Part shown: positions 38,053 through 47,629 of the stretch, in pieces
Layout of the letters: each line of letters opens with the position of its first letter
Numbering within the stretch: the stretch's first letter is position 1
Assembly: GCA_964610315.1 (NCBI GenBank)
Contig: CAZSVM010000010.1
Coordinates: 18,762-82,761 of the forward strand
Source: an uncultured Actinomycetota bacterium
GTDB lineage: Bacteria; Actinomycetota; Humimicrobiia; Humimicrobiales; Humimicrobiaceae
DNA: 64,000 nucleotides
Direction of reading: 5' to 3'
The notes under the pieces: generated by a model
The model's database searches: none
What the model saw: only the letters and a program-made list of their open reading frames with translations
Told to the model about the DNA's origin: nothing
Program-made: the position numbers and the translations under genes

Positions 38053-38730
38053 ATGAAAATTACTCTGATAAAAAAAATTAAGGAGACGGAAGATATTTAT
38101 TCCTTTTCCTTTAAACCTGATGAGAAAATAGTATGGGAAGCCGGGAAGTTTATATTTTTAAAAATACCTCATCCCCACCCGGACAGCAGAGGCGATACCA
38201 GGCATTTTACTATCTCCTCGGCGCCTTATGAAAAGAATATTTTAATAACCTCGAAATTCGATTTTAAAAACGGAAGCTCTTTTAAAAAAGCGCTGCTGAA
38301 TTTGGAGGAAGGCAGTACTATAGAGGCATTCAATTTGAGAGGTAAACTTATCGTTAAAGATCCGCGGAAAAAATATGTATTCATCGCCGGAGGTATAGGA
38401 ATAACACCTTACCGTTCCATTTTACTGGATCTGGTACATAAACATGAATCATCGGATATAATCCTGCTGTACTGCTGTAAAGAGGAAGAAATTATTTTCA
38501 AAGATGTTTTTGAGGGAATCGAAGATAACTATGAATGGCTGAAAATCCATTATATAATTGAGCCCCAGCTTATAAGTGAAAAAATAATCAGGGATGAAGT
38601 TACAGATTCTCAGGAACGGATTTTTTATGTTTCCGGCCCTATTATTATGGTAAAAATAGTAGAGGGGTTTTTATCAAAGTTAAATATAAGGCAGGACCGC
38701 ATAGAAAAGGACTACTTTCACGGTTATTGA
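38053..38730 (+). CDS. FAD/NAD(P)-binding oxidoreductase (ferredoxin-NADP reductase-like)
   Basis: RHFTISSAP (RxYS FAD-binding motif) and FIAGGIGITPYRSIL (NAD-binding GGxGxxP). Confidence 0.7.
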   Translation: MKITLIKKIKETEDIYSFSFKPDEKIVWEAGKFIFLKIPHPHPDSRGDTRHFTISSAPYEKNILITSKFDFKNGSSFKKALLNLEEGSTIEAFNLRGKLIVKDPRKKYVFIAGGIGITPYRSILLDLVHKHESSDIILLYCCKEEEIIFKDVFEGIEDNYEWLKIHYIIEPQLISEKIIRDEVTDSQERIFYVSGPIIMVKIVEGFLSKLNIRQDRIEKDYFHGY

Positions 38731-38813
38731 CAAAATAAATTTTATTCATTCAATAAGCTTAATCCTGTATAATCCTGAATATTAAATATAAAAAAAATGA
38801 TATCCTGATATTT

Positions 38814-40325
38814 ATGAAGAACTACCAGAGATTGATTTTGTCGGTATTGTCCGCGCTGTTTCTGTTTCTTAGTTTTAAAGAGATGGGTTTTTTTGCCTGG
38901 TTCTCGTTTATACCATTTTTATTTGTGGTATATAAATCGAATCTGAGGCAAACCATACTTTTCAGCTATATATGCGGATTGGGTTTTTTCAGTGGTGCTA
39001 CTTACTGGATGATCAAGCTTCCGGTGAAATATACCTGGATGCTTCTGGCAATTCTACTGGGAATTATACTTATTGTTTTTGGAGTTGCCTTATATTTTAT
39101 ATTTAAAAAAATACATCAGCCCTATTTAAGAATATTTTTAATCCCGGCAGTATGGATACTGATTGAATTTTTAAGATCGCAGACGCTTCTGGCCTTTACC
39201 ATTGGCATACTGGGCTACTCCCAGCATAATTTCCTTCCTCTTATACAGGTTACCAGATTTACCGGTATCTACGGGATATCCTTCATTATAATCCTGTTTA
39301 ATGTAACTATTTTTGAGACTATAATGTTTTCCATAAAAAATAAAAAACTCATTTTCAAGTATTTAATTATCAGCATATCTGTTCTGGTGGTTTTTGCTGC
39401 TTACGGTATTGTTAGCGTGAATAATAATCTGAACCGGGTTATAGAACACAAAGGTTATAATGAAATAAAGGTAGCCATAGTACAGCCTAATATATTGCTT
39501 GGGGAAAAATATTTGGGGAAGGGGACGGAAACAATTCCGGATCCCTATGGAGAAGACGGAACCTATTTCAAAGAAGGAACGGAGCTGGTTATATTTCCTG
39601 AAAGTATACTGTGGGGATCTATGGATGAAAATAAAAATTTCAAAAACTGGTCAAAGGAAGTAGCAGAAGAGGAAAATATAAACCTGCTTATAGGACAGTA
39701 TGTTCATAATGAAGCCTCTACTGAATATTATAATTCGGCTTTTTTATATGGCTCCAGATTAGAAGTTCTGGGAAGATATGATGAAATTCATCCCGTGCCT
39801 TTCAGTCAGTATATGCCCTATCCAAAAGTTTTGGGTTTTTTAAAGTTTTTGGATTTTTCCATAGTAAATCTAATTCCTTCCAAAGATTACAGCCCCATTA
39901 ATTATCCGGGGAAAGGTAAACTGGGAATAAACATATGTTATGAGTCAACCATACCCTCTATTGCCAGAAATATAAGAAACAATGGAGCTGAAGCTATTGT
40001 GGTACTCTCGGATAATTCAAGCCTGGATGATAGTATAGCTCCCTGGCATCATCTCATATTTTCAAAAGTAAGAGCCATTGAAAACGGATGTTATGTAGTA
40101 CATTGTGCCAATACCGGAATATCCGCTATAATTTCTCCCGATGGAGATATTGTAGTAAAGTCCGATCTTTTGGAAAAAGAAGTGTTGTACGGAAGTATTT
40201 TTCTTATACCGGTAAAAACTTTTTATTCAAAATTCGGCAATCTTCTTTTATTCATATACTGGGGAATAGTCTTTTTAGCCGCTATTTCCTATCTTGTTTT
40301 TAGAAAAATCGGAAAAATAAAATAG
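38814..40325 (+). CDS. lnt: apolipoprotein N-acyltransferase
   Basis: N-terminal polytopic membrane domain plus C-terminal CN-hydrolase domain (KVAIVQPNI...E...K...ICYES catalytic triad context). 503 aa. Confidence 0.8.
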   Translation: MKNYQRLILSVLSALFLFLSFKEMGFFAWFSFIPFLFVVYKSNLRQTILFSYICGLGFFSGATYWMIKLPVKYTWMLLAILLGIILIVFGVALYFIFKKIHQPYLRIFLIPAVWILIEFLRSQTLLAFTIGILGYSQHNFLPLIQVTRFTGIYGISFIIILFNVTIFETIMFSIKNKKLIFKYLIISISVLVVFAAYGIVSVNNNLNRVIEHKGYNEIKVAIVQPNILLGEKYLGKGTETIPDPYGEDGTYFKEGTELVIFPESILWGSMDENKNFKNWSKEVAEEENINLLIGQYVHNEASTEYYNSAFLYGSRLEVLGRYDEIHPVPFSQYMPYPKVLGFLKFLDFSIVNLIPSKDYSPINYPGKGKLGINICYESTIPSIARNIRNNGAEAIVVLSDNSSLDDSIAPWHHLIFSKVRAIENGCYVVHCANTGISAIISPDGDIVVKSDLLEKEVLYGSIFLIPVKTFYSKFGNLLLFIYWGIVFLAAISYLVFRKIGKIK

Positions 40326-40363
40326 CTGCCCGTTAAATAATAATAATAATAAAATAATAAATA

Positions 40364-40406
40364 AATATTGCATAATATTTATTTATTATGTATAATATGC
40401 AATATT
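40364..40406. promoter_or_regulatory. inverted repeat AATATTGCATA-N21-TATGCAATATT overlapping a TATAAT -10 upstream of argC; candidate ArgR operator (ARG-box-like)
   Basis: Perfect 11-nt arms read from sequence; TATAAT at 40391..40396. A similar TTTATGCAG half-site lies upstream of argR (~45866). Confidence 0.35.
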
Positions 40407-40425
40407 TAAAATGGAGGATTTATTT

Positions 40426-41490
40426 ATGAAAAATATAATTAAAGCAGGAATTGTAGGAGGTTCGGGATTTACCGGATTGGAACTGGTAAAAGTATTGAGC
40501 AGACATAAATATGTAAAATTAATTTTTGTTACTTCCAGGACCTATAAAAATTTATCGGTAAGTGAAGTATTTCCGTCATATCAGGATAATGAAGATGACA
40601 AACTTACTTTTATAGAACAGTCTGAAATTAAAAACTTTGAAGATACCGATATAATATTTCTTTGTTTACCTCCTCATAAATCAATGGAATATTTAAAGGG
40701 AATTACCGGTGAGTACCATTTTAAAGTTATAGATGTAGGTTCCGATTTCAGGTTAAAAAATCCGGATGATTATAAATACTGGTATGGCACAGAGCATATT
40801 ATGAAAAATGAGCTTTCCGAATTTGTGTATGGCCTGCCGGAGATAAATAGAGATATGATAAAAAAAGCTAAATATATTGCCAATCCTGGCTGTTATCCTA
40901 CCTCTGTTCTTTTGGGGCTTGCACCGGTTGTAAAGAGCGATATCGATATCCTGGATATATATATTGATTCAAAATCCGGAATAAGCGGAGCCGGAAGGAA
41001 ACTGGTAGATAAGTATCTTTTTACCAGTATAGAAAATAATTTTTATGCTTATTCTGTTACCGGCCACAGGCACACCGGAGAAATAGAACAGGAGATAGAA
41101 AATATTTCCGGAAAAAAATTTAAAATAAGTTTTACTCCGCATCTTGTTCCTTTAACCAGGGGCATATTTACCTCTATATACTGTAAGGTCAAACCTGTCG
41201 CAGAAGAGAGTAACACAGAGGAAAAAATATACGGCTTGCTGGAAGAATTCTGTAAAAATCTTCCCTTTGTCAGGTTTATCGGTACTGAAATACCCCAGCT
41301 TAAGGATGTGGTGGGAACCAACCTGTGTATTATAGGTTATAATTTTGATGAGAGAGCCAATACCCTTAAGATTTTTACTGTGATAGATAATCTTCTGAAG
41401 GGAGCTGCAGGACAGGCCGTTCAGAATATGAATATTATGATGGGTTTCAATGAAAAAGAAGGATTAAATTTTAACGGATTATTTTCTTAA
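40426..41490 (+). CDS. argC: N-acetyl-gamma-glutamyl-phosphate reductase
   Basis: GIVGGSGFTGLEL NAD-binding N-terminus and catalytic Cys context (ANPGCYPTS). GGAGG RBS 8 nt upstream of ATG 40426; the track ATG at 40411 overlaps the RBS. Confidence 0.9.
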   Translation: MKNIIKAGIVGGSGFTGLELVKVLSRHKYVKLIFVTSRTYKNLSVSEVFPSYQDNEDDKLTFIEQSEIKNFEDTDIIFLCLPPHKSMEYLKGITGEYHFKVIDVGSDFRLKNPDDYKYWYGTEHIMKNELSEFVYGLPEINRDMIKKAKYIANPGCYPTSVLLGLAPVVKSDIDILDIYIDSKSGISGAGRKLVDKYLFTSIENNFYAYSVTGHRHTGEIEQEIENISGKKFKISFTPHLVPLTRGIFTSIYCKVKPVAEESNTEEKIYGLLEEFCKNLPFVRFIGTEIPQLKDVVGTNLCIIGYNFDERANTLKIFTVIDNLLKGAAGQAVQNMNIMMGFNEKEGLNFNGLFS

Positions 41491-41516
41491 AAACAGGAAA
41501 GGATTTGGAATTGGAT

Positions 41517-42761
41517 ATGAGTGTAAAACCGGATAAAAAGGATGATTATTTTAAAATTATAAAAAATGGAACTATAACTACCGTTCCCGGATTTTATGCC
41601 TCTGCCTGCCACTGCGGCATTAAAAATTCGATGAAACCGGATATTTGTATAATATATACTCCCGAAGGGAGTACCTGCAGTGGTATTTTTACCACCAATA
41701 AATTTATGGCAGCGCCGGTATTGATTACCAAAGAACAGTTGAAAAAAGAAGGAAATATCAAGGCTGTGGTGATAAACAGCGGAATTGCCAATGCCTGTAC
41801 CGGTAATACAGGATATGTTAATGCAAAAAAAACCATAGATATAGCTGCTCGGTATCTGGGTATCGGTAAGGAGAACGTAATAGTGTCATCAACCGGGATA
41901 ACCGGGAAACAGCTGCCTATGGATAAAATAGAAGAGGGGATAAAAAAATGTTCAGATAACTTAAGTTCTGACGGTGGTCACCGGGCTGCGGAAGCAATAC
42001 TAACTACCGATTTAATTACCAAGGAAATAGCGGTAAGTATTAATGTCAAAAATGGAAAAAATATAATAATAGGAGGTACGGCCAAGGGTTCGGGAATGAT
42101 AGAACCCAATATGGCCACTCTTCTGGTATTTATAACCACTAATGCCGGGATTTCCAGGAGTTTACTTGACAAACTGCTGCATGAGGAAGCGGATACCAGT
42201 TTTAACAGCATAACAATCGATGGATGCCAGAGCACAAATGATATGGTTATAGTTATGGCCAATTCCCATAGTGATATAAATATAAAAAATAAAGAGGATA
42301 AATATTATAAAGAATTTAAAGATGCGTTTTCATATGTAATGAAAGACCTGGCAAAAAAAATAGTCCTGGACGGGGAAGGGGCAACCAAATTGATTAAAAT
42401 AAAGATAATAAATGCAGAGGATATATCCGGTGCAAAAAAATTAGCCTTAAAGGTTGCAAACTCTAACCTTTTCAAATCCGCTATGTTTGGTCAGGATCTT
42501 AACTGGGGAAGAATATATACCGCTCTGGGTTCGTCTGACTGTAATTTTGATCCTGACAAAGTAGGTATATACATTGATGATATATTAATTGCAGAAAATG
42601 GCGAAGGAGTGGATTTCAATAAGGAAGAAACGGGAAAACTTATGAAAAAAAGGGAAATAGAATTTACTATCGATTTGAATTATGGGAATAAAAACTTCGA
42701 GGTTTTAACCGCGGATCTTTCATTTGATTACATTAAAATAAATGCTCTATATCATACATAA
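41517..42761 (+). CDS. argJ: bifunctional glutamate N-acetyltransferase / amino-acid acetyltransferase ArgJ
   Basis: ArgJ self-cleavage region MATLLVFITTNA and overall family similarity. The start could alternatively be TTG 41505. Confidence 0.85.
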   Translation: MSVKPDKKDDYFKIIKNGTITTVPGFYASACHCGIKNSMKPDICIIYTPEGSTCSGIFTTNKFMAAPVLITKEQLKKEGNIKAVVINSGIANACTGNTGYVNAKKTIDIAARYLGIGKENVIVSSTGITGKQLPMDKIEEGIKKCSDNLSSDGGHRAAEAILTTDLITKEIAVSINVKNGKNIIIGGTAKGSGMIEPNMATLLVFITTNAGISRSLLDKLLHEEADTSFNSITIDGCQSTNDMVIVMANSHSDINIKNKEDKYYKEFKDAFSYVMKDLAKKIVLDGEGATKLIKIKIINAEDISGAKKLALKVANSNLFKSAMFGQDLNWGRIYTALGSSDCNFDPDKVGIYIDDILIAENGEGVDFNKEETGKLMKKREIEFTIDLNYGNKNFEVLTADLSFDYIKINALYHT

Positions 42762-42811
42762 ACAAAAGGTATTAAATTTCAAAAGGTAAAGTTATAAGAA
42801 AAGGTAATAAA

Positions 42812-43732
42812 ATGAACTACATTAAAGAAAACAGCATCGAAGAAAATAAGCTTTATATGGGCAAAGTGGAGGTTCTATTAGAATCGCTGCCTTATATAAA
42901 AGAATATTTTGATAAAGTGGTGGTAGTTAAAATAGGCGGAAGCATGATGGAGGATAACAATATACTGGAAAGTGCCCTTGACGACTTAATTCTCATGAAA
43001 TATGTGGGAATAAAAGTGGTACTTATACACGGCGGCGGTAAACAGATTAATGAGATGGCGGTAGAAAGGGGAATAAAACCGCAATTCGTGGATGGATTGA
43101 GAGTAACTAACCGGGATACTATCGAGATAGTAAAAATGGTCCTGGTCGGAGATATAAATACCAAGATTGTATCTTTTCTTAATAAACATGGAAATATAGC
43201 AGTAGGAATATCCGGTAACGACGGCGGTTTTATAAAGTGCAGTAAGAAAAAATATAAGAAGAATGGGAAAAACGTGGATTTAGGTTTCGTAGGGGAGATT
43301 GACAGCGTCAATTCCCAATTTTTAGGCAATATTTTAAAAAACGGTTATATACCGGTTATTGCCACGCTGGGAGCGGATAACAAGGGAAATATATATAATA
43401 TAAATGCGGACACTTGTGCCGCTGAAATTGCAGTCTCTCTTAACGCCAAGAAAATGATCCTGCTTACCGATGTGGACGGAATAATGAAAATAAAAGGCAA
43501 AGAAAAAAAATTAATATCTATATTAACCATGGAACAGTGCATGAAATTAATAAAATCAGGCAAAATAAGTTCAGGAATGATTCCCAAGGTCATAGCTTGT
43601 ATAGATGCATTAAAAAGCGGGGCGGAAAGGACCCATATATTAAACGGGATCAAAAAACATTCCATACTGGTGGAAATATTCACCGATAAAGGCATTGGTA
43701 CCATGATAACCAGCAGTAAGGAGGTAAAATAA
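42812..43732 (+). CDS. argB: acetylglutamate kinase
   Basis: AAK-family motifs VVVKIGGS, LIHGGG, and arginine-sensitive NAGK N-terminal extension. Confidence 0.9.
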   Translation: MNYIKENSIEENKLYMGKVEVLLESLPYIKEYFDKVVVVKIGGSMMEDNNILESALDDLILMKYVGIKVVLIHGGGKQINEMAVERGIKPQFVDGLRVTNRDTIEIVKMVLVGDINTKIVSFLNKHGNIAVGISGNDGGFIKCSKKKYKKNGKNVDLGFVGEIDSVNSQFLGNILKNGYIPVIATLGADNKGNIYNINADTCAAEIAVSLNAKKMILLTDVDGIMKIKGKEKKLISILTMEQCMKLIKSGKISSGMIPKVIACIDALKSGAERTHILNGIKKHSILVEIFTDKGIGTMITSSKEVK

Positions 43733-43734
43733 TT

Positions 43735-44934
43735 ATGGATAAGAATTCGAAAATATTTGATATGGGAAAAAAGTATTTGATGCCTACCTACAACAGGCTG
43801 CCGGTGGTATTTGAAAAAGCTAAAATGCAGTACCTCTGGGATGTTGAAGGAAACAAATACCTCGACTTTATAGCCGGTTATGGATGCCTCAATGTGGGAC
43901 ACAGTAATAAAGAGGTGGTAAGTGCCTTAAAAAACCAAATCAGTAAAATCATACAGTCTTCCAATGTGTATTATAATAAACCACAGGTTATGCTGGCGAA
44001 AAAATTGTGTGAAATTTCCGGATTTGGAGAGAAAATATTTTTTGCTAACAGCGGTACGGAATCTATTGAGGGAGCTATAAAACTGGCCAGGAAATATTCG
44101 ACCGATAATTATGATTCATTACGATATGAAGTTATTACATTTAAGAGAGCTTTTCATGGAAGGACGCTGGGAGCTCTTGCGGCTACAGCTCAATTAGAGA
44201 AGCAAAAATTATTTGAACCCTTGCTTGCCGGATTCAAATATGCGGAACTGAATAATATGGAATCGGTAAAAGAATTGATGAATGAAAATACCTGCGCTGT
44301 TATGCTGGAGCCGGTTCAGGGTGAGGGCGGTGTTTATCCTGCGGATAAAGAATTTATGAAAAACTTAAGGGATATGTGTAGCGAAAAAGATATGTTGCTT
44401 ATTTTAGATGAAATACAAACCGGTTTTGGAAGGACCGGGAGTATGTTTGCCTACCAAAATTACGGTGTTTATCCTGATATACTGGTAGTAGCAAAAAGTT
44501 TGGGGGGCGGAATGCCCATAGGAGCAATAATATCCAGGAATAAAGCAGCAGCAAGTTTTGGACCGGGAACACATGGTTCAACATTTGGAGGAAATGCTGC
44601 CTCATGTGCTGCAGGACTGGCAGTCCTTGATTATATAATAGATAATAAGCTGACTGAAAAATCCAAAAGATTAGGACAGTATTTTACGGAGAAATTGATA
44701 AAAATTAAAAAGAAATATTCTGCAGTAAAAGAAATAAGAGGTATGGGCCTCATGATAGGAATGGAATTCAACAAACCCGTAGCTGAAAATTTGGTTATGG
44801 ATGCTCTTAGTGATAAACTGGTTATTAATAAAGTATCAAGCAATACTTTAAGGTTCCTCCCTCCTCTGATAATAACCAAAAAAAATATAAATACACTTAT
44901 AAAATGGCTGGATAAGAAAGTAAAGGAGATATAA
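43735..44934 (+). CDS. argD: acetylornithine aminotransferase
   Basis: Class III PLP aminotransferase; PLP-Lys context VVAKSLGGGMPIGA. GGAGG RBS. Confidence 0.9.
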   Translation: MDKNSKIFDMGKKYLMPTYNRLPVVFEKAKMQYLWDVEGNKYLDFIAGYGCLNVGHSNKEVVSALKNQISKIIQSSNVYYNKPQVMLAKKLCEISGFGEKIFFANSGTESIEGAIKLARKYSTDNYDSLRYEVITFKRAFHGRTLGALAATAQLEKQKLFEPLLAGFKYAELNNMESVKELMNENTCAVMLEPVQGEGGVYPADKEFMKNLRDMCSEKDMLLILDEIQTGFGRTGSMFAYQNYGVYPDILVVAKSLGGGMPIGAIISRNKAAASFGPGTHGSTFGGNAASCAAGLAVLDYIIDNKLTEKSKRLGQYFTEKLIKIKKKYSAVKEIRGMGLMIGMEFNKPVAENLVMDALSDKLVINKVSSNTLRFLPPLIITKKNINTLIKWLDKKVKEI

Positions 44935-44935
44935 A

Positions 44936-45844
44936 GTGAAAAAAGATTTTTTAACCTTGAAAGATTATTCCAAAAAAGAAATTGAATATATAATTGATCT
45001 TTCAGGAAAAATTAAGAAAGATAAAGATAAGTACAGTGATATTTTGAAAGGAAAGAATATAGCTCTGCTTTTCGATAAACACTCTACCAGGACCAGGTTA
45101 TCCTTTGAGGTCGGAATAAATCAACTGGGCGGCCATGCTTTAATCCTGGATTCAAAGAGCCTGCACTTAAGCCGGGGTGAATCTTATAAAGATACGGCAA
45201 AGATTTTTTCGTTATATGTTGAGGGTGTAATTATAAGGACTTTCAAACAGGAAACCATAGAAATTTTTGCGGAATATGGAACCATACCGGTGATAAACGG
45301 ACTTACAGACACTTATCATCCCTGCCAGGTGCTGGCCGATATTTTAACCCTGAAAGAAATGGGAATGCTGGATAAAAAACTTAAATTCGTTTATATGGGA
45401 GACAGTAATAATGTAACCAACAGTTTAATTATAGGGTTTTCAAAACTGGGGATAGATATAACTGTGGGATGCCCCCCAAAATATTCTCCCGGGAGTGAGA
45501 TACTGGAATATGCCAAAAGCCAGAAAGAGGGCAGTAAAATCAACATAATACATGACCCGGTTGAAGCAGTAAGCGGTGCAGATGTAGTTTATACCGATGT
45601 ATGGTTGAGCATGGGTCAGGAAACGGATAATTATAAGTTAAAGGAACTTGAAAAATATCAGGTAAACTTTAATTTGTTAAAACAGGCAAAGAAAGAAGTA
45701 AAAATAATGCACTGTCTTCCGGCTCACAGGGGAGAGGAAATTACATCCGAGGTTCTGGATAGCAAAAACTCAATTGTTCTGAATCAGGCGGTCAATCGCC
45801 TTTATGCACAAAAGGGGCTGCTGACTTATTTGTACGGAAATTAA
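44936..45844 (+). CDS. argF: ornithine carbamoyltransferase
   Basis: STRTR carbamoyl-phosphate motif and HCLPA (OTC-type, not the HPLP of ATCase). GTG start with AAAGGAG RBS at ideal spacing. Confidence 0.9.
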   Translation: MKKDFLTLKDYSKKEIEYIIDLSGKIKKDKDKYSDILKGKNIALLFDKHSTRTRLSFEVGINQLGGHALILDSKSLHLSRGESYKDTAKIFSLYVEGVIIRTFKQETIEIFAEYGTIPVINGLTDTYHPCQVLADILTLKEMGMLDKKLKFVYMGDSNNVTNSLIIGFSKLGIDITVGCPPKYSPGSEILEYAKSQKEGSKINIIHDPVEAVSGADVVYTDVWLSMGQETDNYKLKELEKYQVNFNLLKQAKKEVKIMHCLPAHRGEEITSEVLDSKNSIVLNQAVNRLYAQKGLLTYLYGN

Positions 45845-45911
45845 TTATAGGGAAGTTAAGTTTATGCAGTAAAAAAATAATTGAAATAAAAATCAGAGGT
45901 AAAATAATAAA

Positions 45912-46370
45912 ATGAGTAGATCCGAGAGACTTAGAACCATAAAAAAATTAATAGAAAATAAAAAAATTTCTTCTCAGGAAGAATTATCCAGTGAGCTGAT
46001 CAAAAGGGGATACCACGTAACCCAGTCCACTATTTCAAGAGACCTTAATTATTTGAGAGTAGTAAAAATAAGAAATTATCGGCAGGAGGAATTTTATGCT
46101 GCCCGGGTGGGGACATTTGAGGGTAAAATTTTTGATCCTGAGAAGTTTAAATCCAAATTCAGAGAAAGTGTGGTGTCCGTAAAAAAAACTAATAATATAA
46201 TTGTAGTAAAAACATTCCCCGGGGAGGCACAGGGAACAGCTGCCGTGATTGACGGCATGAACTTTGTGGAAATACTGGGTACAGTGGCCGGTGATGATAC
46301 CATAATTTGCGTTACGGACAGCTCCGATAATGCGGTTAAAATATTTGAGATGATGCAAAAACAGTTCTAG
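45912..46370 (+). CDS. argR: arginine repressor
   Basis: N-terminal winged helix (SSQEELSSELIKRGYHVTQSTISRDLNYL) and C-terminal oligomerisation/Arg-binding domain (GTVAGDDTI). Embedded in the arg operon. Confidence 0.9.
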   Translation: MSRSERLRTIKKLIENKKISSQEELSSELIKRGYHVTQSTISRDLNYLRVVKIRNYRQEEFYAARVGTFEGKIFDPEKFKSKFRESVVSVKKTNNIIVVKTFPGEAQGTAAVIDGMNFVEILGTVAGDDTIICVTDSSDNAVKIFEMMQKQF

Positions 46371-46429
46371 GTAGATTATAAAATATAAAAAAAGATAATT
46401 TGACTGAATAATTAACGAAAGGATTAAAA

Positions 46430-47629
46430 ATGACTGATAAAGTAGTTTTGGCATATTCGGGGGGACTTGATACTTCCATTTCCATAAAATGGATTAAAGA
46501 TAAGTATAATATGGAAGTAATAGCAGCTCTTATAGATTGCGGTCAGCCTGATGATTTAAGGAAAGCTTATCAGAGAGCACTGGAGATAGGAGCTTCCAAA
46601 TCTATATTAATTGATGCCAAAAATGAATTTATAAATAGTTTTATTCTTCCTTCAGTAAAAGCAAATCTGAAATACGAAAAAAAATATCCGCTGGCTACAG
46701 CACTGGCAAGACCTTTAATAGCAAAGAAACTAGTGGAAACAGCAAAAAAAGAAGGGGCAAAAGCAGTAGCTCATGGTTGTACCGCAAAAGGTAATGATCA
46801 GGTACGTTTTGATGTGGGAATAAGAAGCCTGGCACCGGATCTAAAAATAATTGCCCCTCAAAGGGAGTGGGGTATATCAAGAGAGGAGGCAATTAAATAT
46901 GCGGCGGAGCATAATATTAAAACACTGGTAACCAAAAAAAGCCCCTATAGTATCGATGAAAACTTATGGGGCAGAAGCATTGAATGTGGGGTGCTTGAAG
47001 ATCCCTGGAATGAACCTCCGGAGGATATATATCAGTGGACGAAAATTACCAGGGGTAGGGATGAATTCGGATATCTGGAAATAGGATTTCAGGAGGGAAG
47101 TCCTGTTTCACTAAATGGTAAAAATATGACTGCGGACATGATTATTAAAAAACTTAATAAGGAAGCGGGTTCTTATGGAATTGGGAGAATCGATATGGTG
47201 GAAAATAGACTGATCGGGATAAAATCAAGGGAAATTTATGAATCTCCGGCAGCGGAAATCATAATTGAAGCCCACCGGCAACTTGAATCATTGATACTGG
47301 ATAGGGAACTGGTTCATTATAAATATATTTTGGAAGAAAAATTAGCGGAAATGGTATATTATGGACTATGGTTTACCCCACTGCGAAGCTGTTTGTGTTC
47401 CTTCATGGACCAAAGTCAGATTTTTGTGACTGGAACGGTAAAAATTAAACTTGAGTACAAGAGTTTTAAAGTAGTGGGAAGGAAATCAAATTATTCTTTG
47501 TATGATATAAATCTGGCTACTTATGATAAAGCAGATAAATTTGACCACAGACATTCGGAAAGTTTCATTAAATTATGGGGTTATCCTTATGAAATATTAG
47601 GAAAAAAAGGAAGGATCGATGGAAAATAA
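46430..47629 (+). CDS. argG: argininosuccinate synthase
   Basis: PP-loop AYSGGLDTS and downstream synthetase motifs. Confidence 0.9.
   Translation: MTDKVVLAYSGGLDTSISIKWIKDKYNMEVIAALIDCGQPDDLRKAYQRALEIGASKSILIDAKNEFINSFILPSVKANLKYEKKYPLATALARPLIAKKLVETAKKEGAKAVAHGCTAKGNDQVRFDVGIRSLAPDLKIIAPQREWGISREEAIKYAAEHNIKTLVTKKSPYSIDENLWGRSIECGVLEDPWNEPPEDIYQWTKITRGRDEFGYLEIGFQEGSPVSLNGKNMTADMIIKKLNKEAGSYGIGRIDMVENRLIGIKSREIYESPAAEIIIEAHRQLESLILDRELVHYKYILEEKLAEMVYYGLWFTPLRSCLCSFMDQSQIFVTGTVKIKLEYKSFKVVGRKSNYSLYDINLATYDKADKFDHRHSESFIKLWGYPYEILGKKGRIDGK

Noticed and set aside
42892-43902. 145-aa and 185-aa ORFs on the - strand
   Set aside because: Antisense to argB and argD, whose identities are unambiguous. 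These are shadow ORFs.
46035-46454. 139-aa ORF on the - strand overlapping argR and the argG start
   Set aside because: Antisense to argR, which has a clear winged-helix and C-terminal domain. Low-complexity Ile/Tyr-rich translation.
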